The notes under the pieces are model-generated. The model worked only from the letters and a program-made list of their open reading frames with translations. It was not told the DNA's origin and did no database searches. Below, one piece after another: positions 50,430 through 59,779 of a stretch of 64,000 nt of DNA. A program made the translations under genes and the position numbers. Each line of letters begins with the position of its first letter. Positions within the stretch are counted from its first letter, which is position 1. Source of the DNA: Edaphobacter sp. (GTDB taxonomy: Bacteria > Acidobacteriota > Terriglobia > Terriglobales > Acidobacteriaceae); contig DATDHL010000638.1 of assembly GCA_036521575.1 (NCBI GenBank), positions 9,908 to 73,907 on the forward strand. The letters run 5' to 3'.

Positions 50430-52451
50430 TCAATGCCGCGCCTGAACACTTAGTAGCTGAGCAAGGAAAGATCCCTGAAATTCGGGATGGTTGGTTTGGG
50501 CGAGGTGGCGGGCGGTCGCGAAGGCATCCCGGCCTTCGGCGGTGCGACCGGAGGCAAGCAGAATCTCCCCAAGTATTGCCTGGGCATCGGCACAATTCGG
50601 CGCCTGTTGGACAGCAGTCTGCGCGAGCGTCAGCGCTTCAGGGATACGGCCCTGCTGTAGAAGCGCATTTGCTGCGAAGGCATTGGATTCGGCGGCCAGA
50701 AGATGGACCTCAAAGGTGCCTCGATAGACAAAGATGATGTTACCGATCGTGGCGTCGGGAGTGCGGTCGCGGAAGGTTCGATAGGGGTTGAGATCGTCAG
50801 GCCCCCAATTCACGCCTTCGGTCTCTGTGGAACTGACAAGCACAGTACCGGTAATGGTCGAAGGAACCGGAGCTGCAGGCAATCCAATAATGTGAACGAA
50901 GGCGGCGGGCAGGGGTTTGCAGGTGATGCCGTAATAGGCAGGATTGACGGTGAAGTTGCCCGCGTAGGCGAACCAGCAGTTGCTGTCGGGATGCTGGTCG
51001 AGATAGGCCTTGGTCCATTTGAGGCCTTGACCCCAGTCGGCGTTTGCGTCGCCGGTGTTGCGATAGGTGTGCGATGGCCCCCCGAAGAGCTCGTTCGAGT
51101 AGACGAGAAAGTCGGGATAAGAATGGAGTGAAGAGATCGCCGTGAAGAGCAGAAGTGCAGCAACGGCGATCCTGCCAAAGAGCGAGCGGTTAAACAGCAA
51201 CGCGGCAGCAGCGGAGGCCAGTACGATGCAGAACGGGTAGATGGGCAGGAGGTGACGCACGCCGATGTTGATCTGTGAAGTCAAGGCAGCCAACGTGAAG
51301 AAGACGATGGGCATGGCGAGGAAAAGGATCTCGCGGCGGCGGCCGGTAATGCGGGCAAAGGGAACGAGTAATAGCAGGATGAGGAGCGTCAGGGTCGTCT
51401 TCAGCAGGAAGACAGCAGGGAAGTAAAACCATCTGGCGGTGCTATAGAAATGACCGAAGAGAAAGAGAGGAAGTCTGCCGGGAATGAGTAGAACATCGAC
51501 CCAACCGTAGAGATAGGCCTCCGGAAGAAGGTGATGGCGGGCAAGAAACAGGATGACGTTACGGTGTACAGGATGCGCAAGGGCCGCGGCATAGGCCTCC
51601 AGCGGAGGCAGGATTTGCAACTGTCCTGGCCGAGCCGCGTAACGGAATCCGTAGGCAGCCCAGAGAATCACGTAGCTGATAACGCAGATCGTTATGAGGG
51701 CGAGCGCCAACCGGCGGATGTGACGTCGGCGGTCTTGCGCACTGGTAATGTCTACAGCGGGCAAAAAGAGATCAGCCAGCGCGAGGAGAACCAGCGTAGG
51801 GATAACCAGGATGCCGGAGTGTTTGGCGATGATGGTGAGCGCCGCAGCAATTGCGCAGAGCGCGAGGCGTAAGACGGAGGGCTGCTTGCAATAGCGATAG
51901 AAGGCATAGACAGAGGCGAAGAGAAGACAGGTGAGACCCATGTCCGTCGTGACGATGGCTCCGTTGGCGAGCAAGTTAGGCTCGAACACAAAAAGGAAGA
52001 GCGCGAAGATTGCTGCGAGAGGACTGAACATCTCCTTGGCGGCGAAGAAAACAAACACACCGAGGGCAAGGCTGAAGAGGGCAATCGCCACGCGGCCACG
52101 GAGGAGGATGTCGTCCGCGTTCGCTGTGTAGAGGAGCTGCGACGCGTTTATGACGTCCTGCCCCTTGAAGAAGGGAATGGGAAGGGCTGGCGGCTCGCGT
52201 AGACCCATGGGAAGAAGCGGCAGTGCGGCCAGCTGTTTTACTAAAGGAGGATGCTCGGGGTTTCTGCCGAAGTCGGCGTGCTTCCAATATTCGAAGCCAG
52301 CGAAGAGATGGGTGGATTCGTCGAAGGTCTGAGACTGCTGCCGCACAGAGGAGACGAGAATGACCGCCATGAGGGCGAGAAGTGCAAGGGCGATGATGTT
52401 AACGACGCGGGAACTGAGTGTGAACGGTTCTGGGATTCGGGCGACAGACAT
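50430..52451 (-). CDS. GT-C glycosyltransferase (ArnT/PMT_2-like) with a C-terminal TPR-like region
   Basis: TFDE acidic loop, EHPPL, many TM segments, GVRHLLP, DWGQ. Confidence 0.82.
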   Translation of the reverse strand: MSVARIPEPFTLSSRVVNIIALALLALMAVILVSSVRQQSQTFDESTHLFAGFEYWKHADFGRNPEHPPLVKQLAALPLLPMGLREPPALPIPFFKGQDVINASQLLYTANADDILLRGRVAIALFSLALGVFVFFAAKEMFSPLAAIFALFLFVFEPNLLANGAIVTTDMGLTCLLFASVYAFYRYCKQPSVLRLALCAIAAALTIIAKHSGILVIPTLVLLALADLFLPAVDITSAQDRRRHIRRLALALITICVISYVILWAAYGFRYAARPGQLQILPPLEAYAAALAHPVHRNVILFLARHHLLPEAYLYGWVDVLLIPGRLPLFLFGHFYSTARWFYFPAVFLLKTTLTLLILLLLVPFARITGRRREILFLAMPIVFFTLAALTSQINIGVRHLLPIYPFCIVLASAAAALLFNRSLFGRIAVAALLLFTAISSLHSYPDFLVYSNELFGGPSHTYRNTGDANADWGQGLKWTKAYLDQHPDSNCWFAYAGNFTVNPAYYGITCKPLPAAFVHIIGLPAAPVPSTITGTVLVSSTETEGVNWGPDDLNPYRTFRDRTPDATIGNIIFVYRGTFEVHLLAAESNAFAANALLQQGRIPEALTLAQTAVQQAPNCADAQAILGEILLASGRTAEGRDAFATARHLAQTNHPEFQGSFLAQLLSVQARH

Positions 52452-52670
52452 GCTGGCCGTCCTTGGCAAGCGGAGATGGCATCGCGTGGTCTGGTGATGA
52501 TCCGGGGCCCGGAATGAATGGAAGCTTTGTTCGAACAAAGCTAATGGTGTTTCAGGTCAAATGCAAGGTAACGGTGGGCACCACGTGTGATGAGCATCTC
52601 ACCTAACGGCGACTCAGTAGACGGCCAATATCTGAGTCGTTTGCTGCAAGTTCGTCAGGCAGCATCAGGG

Positions 52671-52736
52671 AACTGGATCGCCATCGTCATCATCGCCTGC
52701 TTCCTCTACACCTCCCTCTTCTACAAAGAGCAGTGA
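52671..52736 (+). pseudogene. 3' remnant of a membrane-protein gene
   Basis: NWIAIVIIACFLYTSLFYKEQ* with almost all C/G-ending codons and no convincing start. Confidence 0.35.
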
Positions 52737-52843
52737 ACCCTGACGCCCTTCGCTCGCACTCCGCAGCATCACCATCCGTCATGCAACTGCGCAACGAAGA
52801 GGACGCATTGACTTCCCACGTGGAAGCCCGGCCCGGCCCATAG

Positions 52844-53787
52844 AAGAGTGGCCATACCTTCATCGCCATCGACGAGGACGCCCCCACCCGCTACTCCGTC
52901 CAGTGCGAGCCCGCCAACGGAAACTCCATCTTCCGTATCATCGGAGACGGCTGCGACGGCAAAACCCCGGTCAAATCCATCTTCGTCCGCCACGCCGTCG
53001 CCCGCAAACTCGAACCCGAGTATCTCCAGAAGATGGGACAGTTACAGGCCGAGCTCAACTTCATGCTGCGCGTCGCCCGCTGCCCCGTCCTCAATCCTCC
53101 CGCCAATTCTCTGTCCAACTACTCCAAGGCCTATCAGGGAGCACTGCTCGCCAGAGCCGGCTTTGACGTCCCCCGCTCCCTCGTAACCAACATCCCTGAA
53201 GCGACCCGCGCCTTCTGGGAGGAGTGCAACCGCGAGGTCGTCTTCAAAGGAGTCATTTGAGTGCCCCATTTGCCGTCATAGCGGACCAGTTAACATCCGC
53301 ATAGTTGAAGAAGTCGCACTTTATGACAGCCTTGCCACTAGATCAGCAACTCGCCCAGCTCCTCACCCCGGAGACCCTGCCCCGCCTCGACCATCTCTCC
53401 TGCAGCCCCACTCTCTTCCAGGAGTACATCTCCGGTGACGACTATCGCGTCCACGTCATCGGCGATCAAACATTTGTAACCCGCATAGTTGCACAAAACG
53501 TCGACTATCGCCGCTCCTCCATAGTCGAGAACGAGCAAATTCATGTCGAACCTGGAACCCTTCCTTACGAGACCCTCAGTCGCTGCATCGCCTTCACCCA
53601 CAGCCTCGGTCTGGCAGCCAGCGGCATGGACTTCAAGCACCAGCCCAGCGGACGCCTCGTCGCCCTCGAGCTGAACCCCTACCCGCAATTCACCTTCTAC
53701 GACCGCCGCTCAGGCCAGCCCATCACGCGAGCAGTCGTGGACTACCTCATACAACATCAGGTCGCAGAAACCAACGTTTTTGCATGA
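52844..53787 (+). pseudogene. Graspetide-synthetase-like (MvdC/MvdD/RimK superfamily) ATP-grasp ligase, 5'-truncated and split by a ~90-bp insert
   Basis: 5' part: VLNPP...NYSKAYQ, GFDVPRSLVTN, VVFKGV. 3' part: PTLFQEYI, DYRVHVIG, VDYR, GMDFK, LELNP. In-frame TAG at 52841 and TGA at 53258. Confidence 0.8.
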
Positions 53788-53818
53788 CCCATTTCATATC
53801 TCTTCAAGGAGTGACACC

Positions 53819-54157
53819 ATAGCAGGCCCCAAGAAAGAACCCCTGATCGGAAAATCCAGCCGCCCCACAGCAATCGATTACGATGCTCCGGTCTCCGGCA
53901 TGAAGTTAGGCGAGCTAATCGGCCATCTCGCCTCACATGCCGTCAGCACCCGCGAGCACCTCAAACCCGAAGTCTACAAACCGGAATACTACAAGCCCGA
54001 GTTTTATAAACCCGACTACTACAAGCCCGAATACTACAAGCCTGACTTCGCGAAGGAATACAAGGAGACCGTCAAAGAAAAGGAATTTACCGGTCCCGTC
54101 GACCCGGTTGAAGAACTTGCAAATCGCGTCGCCGAAATCCTGAAGAACAAGAAGTAG
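53819..54157 (+). CDS. Putative multi-core RiPP precursor peptide (leader, 6x KP[E/D]xx, follower)
   Basis: KPEVY KPEYY KPEFY KPDYY KPEYY KPDFA KEYKE. AAGGAG RBS precedes ATA at 53819; alternative starts are TTG 53780 and ATG 53900. Confidence 0.7.
   Translation: MAGPKKEPLIGKSSRPTAIDYDAPVSGMKLGELIGHLASHAVSTREHLKPEVYKPEYYKPEFYKPDYYKPEYYKPDFAKEYKETVKEKEFTGPVDPVEELANRVAEILKNKK
53963..54052 (+). repeat. Six 15-bp coding tandem repeats
   Basis: AA[AG]CCNGA..., diverged mostly at synonymous positions. Confidence 0.9.
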
Positions 54158-54320
54158 AGCGGAGCGTTCACAACCGTCACCAAGGGGTGTTGTATCTTGT
54201 GAAGGCGCGGCTTCAAAACTAGGCTCCGCAATCGATAGATTCGGAGCCTTTTCTCCGAAGGGAACCAGCACAGATCACTGCTTCATAAGACCCAACATTA
54301 AAAGTCAGCAAGGGGAACAC

Positions 54321-54827
54321 ATGGCCATAACGGAAGATATCGCCACCATCATCCATCAGGAAGCCGAACTCCGTCTCCCCAGCTTCGACAACAACACCGC
54401 CTGGACTCTCGGTCTCGTCCTCCGTGAACTCGCCCTTACCCGCAATCACGCCATCGTCATCGACATCCGCCGTTTCGGCCAGCCCTACCAACCCATTTTC
54501 TACACCGCCCTCCCCGGCACCACCCCCGACAATGCTCGCTGGGTCCAACGAAAATCCAACGTAGTCGCCCGCCTCCACCGCAGCTCTTACCACGTCAGCC
54601 TCTATCTCGAGCAGAACAAACTCACCTTTACCGAAAGATACGGCCTCCCCGAGGCCGACTACGCCGCCCATGGCGGTAGTTTCCCCCTCCACGTCGCCGC
54701 GGCTGGCATCATCGGCAGTGTCACCGTCTCCGGTTTACCCCAACGCGAAGACCACAACCTCGTCGTCGAAGCCCTCTGCCTCCACCTCGGCCGCGACCAC
54801 GACTCCCTCCGCCTGCCCAGCAATTAG
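54321..54827 (+). CDS. Heme-degrading domain (UPF0303/GlcG-like) protein
   Basis: GTTPDNARWVQRKSNVV, YAAHGGSFP, VTVSGLPQREDH. Confidence 0.85.
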   Translation: MAITEDIATIIHQEAELRLPSFDNNTAWTLGLVLRELALTRNHAIVIDIRRFGQPYQPIFYTALPGTTPDNARWVQRKSNVVARLHRSSYHVSLYLEQNKLTFTERYGLPEADYAAHGGSFPLHVAAAGIIGSVTVSGLPQREDHNLVVEALCLHLGRDHDSLRLPSN

Positions 54828-54873
54828 GCCGCGCTCACTGGCGATTCCGGCAAATCAGGCTCATACTCATGCC

Positions 54874-55590
54874 ATGCACCAGTTGCCTGAATTCTTGGAG
54901 CATGCCAGCCGCACCCCCCTCTCCATCCTGATATGGGCGGTCAGCCTCCTACTCCAGGCCACCCTCTTCATCTCTCTCTTCTCTCGCCGCATCGCTGGAT
55001 ACACTCCTTTTTTTGCCAATCTTGTCGCCTTTTATTTTGTGCGCTCGCTACTATTTTTGCTGTTGCTCGGCCACATCAGCGCCTCGTCCTACTCCCGGTT
55101 GTATAGTTTCTTTCTCTGGATCGAGCTGTTGGTGCAGCTCTGCGTGGCGGTAGACCTCACACGCTGGTTAGTAAGAACCCATGGCGGGTGGATCCGCAGC
55201 AACATCATCACGCCGATCGTCATGGTCGCCGTCAGCGCGATCAGCGCCTACCTCATCGCCGAACTGACGCCTCACGGCGAAGTTCCCATCGACCGCGGCA
55301 CCGTATTCTTCTCGTTCTACATGGTCTTCTTCTGGCTCTGGACTTTTACCTTTCACGAGCACGTCTCTAACGGCCTCGTCCTGACACAGGGCTTCGCCAT
55401 ATACGGCCTCATCAACATCGTCTCGAACATAGGCCGCGTCCGGGCCGCTTTCTACGACCACCCCGCCCGCTATGGTGCCTGGACCTCCGTATTGGCAGGA
55501 GCGTACCTTGTCGTCGTCCTCTTCTGGCTCTCCAGCCTCAAGCCTATGAACGGAAAAAAACACTCCCCCGTACAGCAAACAACCATTTGA
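54874..55590 (+). CDS. Polytopic (about 7 TM) hypothetical membrane protein
   Basis: Repeated hydrophobic segments over 238 aa. Confidence 0.75.
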   Translation: MHQLPEFLEHASRTPLSILIWAVSLLLQATLFISLFSRRIAGYTPFFANLVAFYFVRSLLFLLLLGHISASSYSRLYSFFLWIELLVQLCVAVDLTRWLVRTHGGWIRSNIITPIVMVAVSAISAYLIAELTPHGEVPIDRGTVFFSFYMVFFWLWTFTFHEHVSNGLVLTQGFAIYGLINIVSNIGRVRAAFYDHPARYGAWTSVLAGAYLVVVLFWLSSLKPMNGKKHSPVQQTTI

Positions 55591-55663
55591 CAACCGGTGT
55601 ATCCTAACAAGTGAGAGGTAAACAATGAAGGGTACCGACGTCCTCTAAGACATCTCGTGAGAC

Positions 55664-57010
55664 CTAAGCAACCGGTCTCTCAAACGAATCCATGTAAGCC
55701 TTGATCTCTTTGCGATAAGCGGTCAAGGCTTTCTTTATCTTCTCGATGTCTTTGTCGTGCCCCGCGGGGTACTGTTCATCCTTCACCTCATCCAGCGTGA
55801 AGTCCGTGGGCTCCTCATACCAATCCCGGTCGAACGGCCGGTTGGCCTCAAAGTAAATCGTCGCCTGCATAATCGCCGCCAGATGCGTATACCGGTAAAA
55901 GTCCTGCTTCGGGTCAGGATTCTCATACGCCTTCAGGTTCCAATCGCGAAACTTCTCCTCAACATCCCGGAGCGCCGCGGATTCCTTCAAAAGAAAGTTG
56001 AACTGCTTATACGTCGTATCGACCGTCATCTTTTCCAGCGCCGCGTCCATATAGGCGCGACCAATATGCGCCTCGCTCCCTAGGATCATCACCTTCCACG
56101 CCAGCGAAGCCACTTTCTCACCCCCGCGGCTCTTGAAGAAGAGCTGCCCTTTCTTTCTGCGCAACAGATCCATCCGCAACAGCAGAAACAGATACTCGAA
56201 CAGCAGGCGATTCATCTTCTTCGCCTCTTCATCGTTCGGTGCCTTGTTCGGCTTCTCAATCCGGAACTGGTCAATCATCCGTAGGCTGCGCACCACTGGC
56301 AGGTAGTACTCCTCCGACAGCGCATAAAACTGCGGCAGAATCGTCTTCCATATCTCCTGCCGCCGCGACTCGGTCCCTGCTTTCGTCTTTGAGTCTTCAT
56401 CCCGCGCAATCTGCCATCGCTGAAACCATATCCCCGCAATCCCCAGAAAAAGCGGCAGCGTAAAGAACGAGACGATACGCCGGATAAACAGATATCGCCG
56501 CTCCCTCGCCTCATCCCGCAGCGTAATCGGGCTCGATGCGATGCTTCCTTCATGCACCATGCCCTGCTGGTCGGTCACCTGGTAGCGAACCGTTATCCGG
56601 AACTTGCCCCGATTCGTCGAAGGCGCTAACTCAACCGCTTCCGTCTCAACTGCCCCGTTCTTAGCAAGGACTGAATCTCTCAGCTTGAGCGGCCTGTACC
56701 AGAACCCCGGCTGCTGCGTGTCGATAATCTTCAGGCCCTGCAGCGGCTGATCCGTACCATTTTCAAACCGCACCAGAAGCCGTATCTTCTCACCGCTTTC
56801 GACGACGCTTTCGTTCACCCACATCCGCACCTGCAGCCCCTTCAGCCCAGCAGGAGACGCCGTCGTCACGACCGCACTCTGCTGTACGTCCGCGGCACGC
56901 GCAGGAAAGCTGTACGTCACCCTGAGAACGAACACCACAATAACGAGCGCCACACCAATCAAGGCGCCTATGAAGAAGCCGCGTAGATATTTCTTCGCTG
57001 TCGGAGTCAT
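55664..57010 (-). CDS. Hypothetical two-TM protein
   Basis: 448 aa: TM, beta-rich domain, TM, helical charged domain. Confidence 0.75.
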   Translation of the reverse strand: MTPTAKKYLRGFFIGALIGVALVIVVFVLRVTYSFPARAADVQQSAVVTTASPAGLKGLQVRMWVNESVVESGEKIRLLVRFENGTDQPLQGLKIIDTQQPGFWYRPLKLRDSVLAKNGAVETEAVELAPSTNRGKFRITVRYQVTDQQGMVHEGSIASSPITLRDEARERRYLFIRRIVSFFTLPLFLGIAGIWFQRWQIARDEDSKTKAGTESRRQEIWKTILPQFYALSEEYYLPVVRSLRMIDQFRIEKPNKAPNDEEAKKMNRLLFEYLFLLLRMDLLRRKKGQLFFKSRGGEKVASLAWKVMILGSEAHIGRAYMDAALEKMTVDTTYKQFNFLLKESAALRDVEEKFRDWNLKAYENPDPKQDFYRYTHLAAIMQATIYFEANRPFDRDWYEEPTDFTLDEVKDEQYPAGHDKDIEKIKKALTAYRKEIKAYMDSFERPVA

Positions 57011-57112
57011 CTCGCTCCCAAGACGCAGGGACCCGGTTTTCGACTACACGCAATGCAACACAGTCTATGTCATGCACTAGGGAAACTCTGAATAAGTACC
57101 GATCCGAATCCA

Positions 57113-57183
57113 TTTTGAAGGGGCGCGGCTTCAGCCGCGCCATAAGTGGCTCAATGGAATGGGGGTTGTAGCCCCTGAGGGAA
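57113..57183. repeat. REP-like palindromic element of a second family
   Basis: GGCGCGGCT-TC-AGCCGCGCC hairpin followed by TAGCCCCTGAGG; partial copy GAAGGCGCGGCTTCA near 54201-54215. Confidence 0.6.
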
Positions 57184-57406
57184 TGCTTCTCTTATCAGAA
57201 TGGTCGGGGTCATGAGGCTTGTTCAGAGCTTCACCAGCTTTCAAAACATGGACCCTACCGTCATTACCCGGAACCACCCCCCCCCACAACTCCTTTATTT
57301 AGAACATTAACCATATCGATCCTCGAGAATAAAGCCCGCTCCGACCATAAAACCGCATCTCACTAACAAAGTCCGGGTTAATACCCCGGGAAGGAGCTAC
57401 AACAAG

Positions 57407-59023
57407 ATGCGTACACCAGGGCCCTTATCTTGCAACACATGCAGCAAATATCTCTTAGGTCTGGCCATCGGGCTTACAACCATCTCACCCATCGCCGGTT
57501 GCCGTAAAACCGCCGAAGCGACCGTCGTAGCCGCTCAATCCGGCGCCGACCCCGCAGCCGCGAACCTCGCTCCCGTCGGTCCCAACCAGGCCCAGCAGCC
57601 TGCCTCCGCTCCAGCCCGGGCCCAGCCTGCACCCGCGCGAGTCCTCGGCCAGCGCCTCCAGAACGAAAGCCAGCAACGCGCCGAAGAGTACTCCCAAACC
57701 GGAGCCCAGGCCGGAGCACCCCCCGCGGATCAAGCTAATCAAGCCGATCAATCAGCCCAGCCGCAAAACCCACCCTACGACAACACAGACCAGGCCTACG
57801 ACGATCAGGTCGACGCCGGCCAGGCCGCACTCGAGGCCGACCAGCCGCCGCCACAGCTCCCCGTCTACGACCAGCCTCCAGCCCCCGCCCCCAACTACCT
57901 CTGGACCCCCGGCTACTGGAGCTACGCCCCCGTTGGCTACTACTGGGTCCCCGGAGCCTGGGTCGCCGCCCCCTATTACGGAGCCCTCTGGACTCCCGGC
58001 TACTGGTTCTTCTTCGGCAACCGCTACCACTTCCGCCACGGCTTCTGGGGTCCGCACATCGGATACTACGGAGGCATCAACTACGGCTTCGGATACACCG
58101 GCTACGGCTATGAAGGCGGTTACTGGAACGGAAACCGCTTCTACTACAACCGCGCCGTCAACCGCGTCAACGTCACCAACATCACAAACGTCTACAACCG
58201 CACCGTCATCGTGAACAACAACACCCGCGTCTCGTACAACGGAGGCAGAGGCGGCATCAACGTCCGTCCGCAACCCGCCGAACTCGCTGCGATGCGCGGC
58301 CCCCGCACGCCACCCATGACGGCTCAACTCGAGAACCAGCGCCAGGCCGCCCAGAATCGCGCCCAGTTCTACTCAGACAACCGAGGCCGCCCCGCCATCG
58401 TTGCATCACCACGCCCCTTCACTGCCGACCGCGACACCCGTCCGCAGACCCGGCCAGTGCCGGCCAATCAACCAGAGACCCGCACAATCCAGCCTGCCAA
58501 TCCCGATGTCTCACGACCTGCCCAACCGCAGATCCAGGCCAATCATTCCGTACCGCAACCAAACGTCCGTCCTGCAACACCGCAACAGCCTCGTCCTGAG
58601 ATAAGGCCCGCCCAGCCCCAGAACTACCCGGCGCCGGTCAATTCTGCGATGCCGCAGCAGCACCCCAATCAGGAACTCCGTCCCATCCAACCTCAGTCCG
58701 ACATTCGGCCACAGCAGCCCCACTCAGACCTCACACCACCCAACCAGACCGTACGACCAACCTTCAATCGCGGTATCGTCGAACCAACCCCACAGCGCCC
58801 ACAACCCGAAGTACGCCCAACCCCGCAGCCTAGACCAACGCCCGAGATACGTCCGGCCCCGCAGTCGATGATGCGACCCGCGTACCAACCACCATCCCAG
58901 CCAAAGCCCATGCTTCAGCCACAACCGCAACCACACCAGATGCAGCAACAACCCAGACCCTCAGCACCGCCGCAGTCGCATCAACAGTCCCAACCTCACG
59001 GCGATGACCACCATCCTCGCTAA
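57407..59023 (+). CDS. YXWGXW repeat lipoprotein with Pro/Gln-rich tail
   Basis: IAGC lipobox; YLWTPGYW, YYWVPGAW, LWTPGYW; AAGGAG RBS. Confidence 0.88.
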   Translation: MRTPGPLSCNTCSKYLLGLAIGLTTISPIAGCRKTAEATVVAAQSGADPAAANLAPVGPNQAQQPASAPARAQPAPARVLGQRLQNESQQRAEEYSQTGAQAGAPPADQANQADQSAQPQNPPYDNTDQAYDDQVDAGQAALEADQPPPQLPVYDQPPAPAPNYLWTPGYWSYAPVGYYWVPGAWVAAPYYGALWTPGYWFFFGNRYHFRHGFWGPHIGYYGGINYGFGYTGYGYEGGYWNGNRFYYNRAVNRVNVTNITNVYNRTVIVNNNTRVSYNGGRGGINVRPQPAELAAMRGPRTPPMTAQLENQRQAAQNRAQFYSDNRGRPAIVASPRPFTADRDTRPQTRPVPANQPETRTIQPANPDVSRPAQPQIQANHSVPQPNVRPATPQQPRPEIRPAQPQNYPAPVNSAMPQQHPNQELRPIQPQSDIRPQQPHSDLTPPNQTVRPTFNRGIVEPTPQRPQPEVRPTPQPRPTPEIRPAPQSMMRPAYQPPSQPKPMLQPQPQPHQMQQQPRPSAPPQSHQQSQPHGDDHHPR

Positions 59024-59079
59024 CGATCCGACGCCAGAGGGGGCGCAGTACACCGCGCCTCCTCTGACAAAATCGCTAA

Positions 59080-59656
59080 TCAACCATCCACCCAAACTCG
59101 ATCGCAAACCTCGCACCGCCACTTATTCGTGGGCTCGATCTCTTCCAGCAACGGATCAGCCGCGCCACAACCCGGACAAGTCGGCACCTCAAACTGATCC
59201 CGCGTACGCACCAGAATCCTGTACTCCTCCGGAATCGGCCCTGCCAGCAAAGTCTCCGCTCGTTCCGCATCCGCAGGCGCGACCGCCACTCTGGGAGCAC
59301 GCATATCAAGAACCTGAGGGAAGCATCACCTCGCATTCAATCCCCTCGGCACGAAGCATCTCACCCGCGGCCAGCGCATCTTCGCTATCAGCAAACTCCT
59401 TGATGCAGCCTTCCGGCGCCAGCCGTCCAAAACCCGACGGCAGCAAGCGATCATCCTCCTCCTCAACCTCGTCTTCTTCGACGACCAGCTCTTTCACCTC
59501 AGGCGAAACACTCAGCCTCCGCCGAGCAAGCTCACCCTTCAATACCTCCTGCGCAGCCTCAGTAAGATCACCCACCTGACGCCCCAGCGCAATCAGCTCA
59601 TCATCTCCATATTCGGCATAAAGCCGAGCCAGTTCACTGTACTGCTCCGAATCCAA
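59080..59656 (-). pseudogene. Probably frameshifted gene (signal-transducing-like domain plus zinc ribbon), or two coupled small ORFs
   Basis: ORF 59306-59656 ends LRAEGIECEVMLPSGS*; another frame continues LDMRAPRVAVAPADAERA...CPGCG...CEVC. Confidence 0.55.
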
Positions 59657-59779
59657 AGGGCCCTCCCTAAACAGCCTAATCAGCTTACAACCACTTCCCT
59701 GGTTAAACGTTCCTCATCATCCAGCCCTCATGGCGATGCGGGTGCGCTCCTGCGCAGCTGCCTTTATGCTTAAAGAACG

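Noticed and set aside
52781-52843. ATG 52781 plus TAG readthrough as the true ligase N-terminus
   Set aside because: MQLRNEEDALTSHVEARPGP lacks the hydrophobic first strand typical of these ligases and has no RBS
53963-54052. CRISPR array or non-coding VNTR
   Set aside because: No spacers or cas genes; the units are in-frame and vary mostly synonymously, so the repeat is coding
58430-59000. Pro/Gln-rich quasi-repeats (PEIRP/PEVRP) as a second RiPP precursor
   Set aside because: Low-complexity tail of a lipoprotein with no adjacent modifying enzyme
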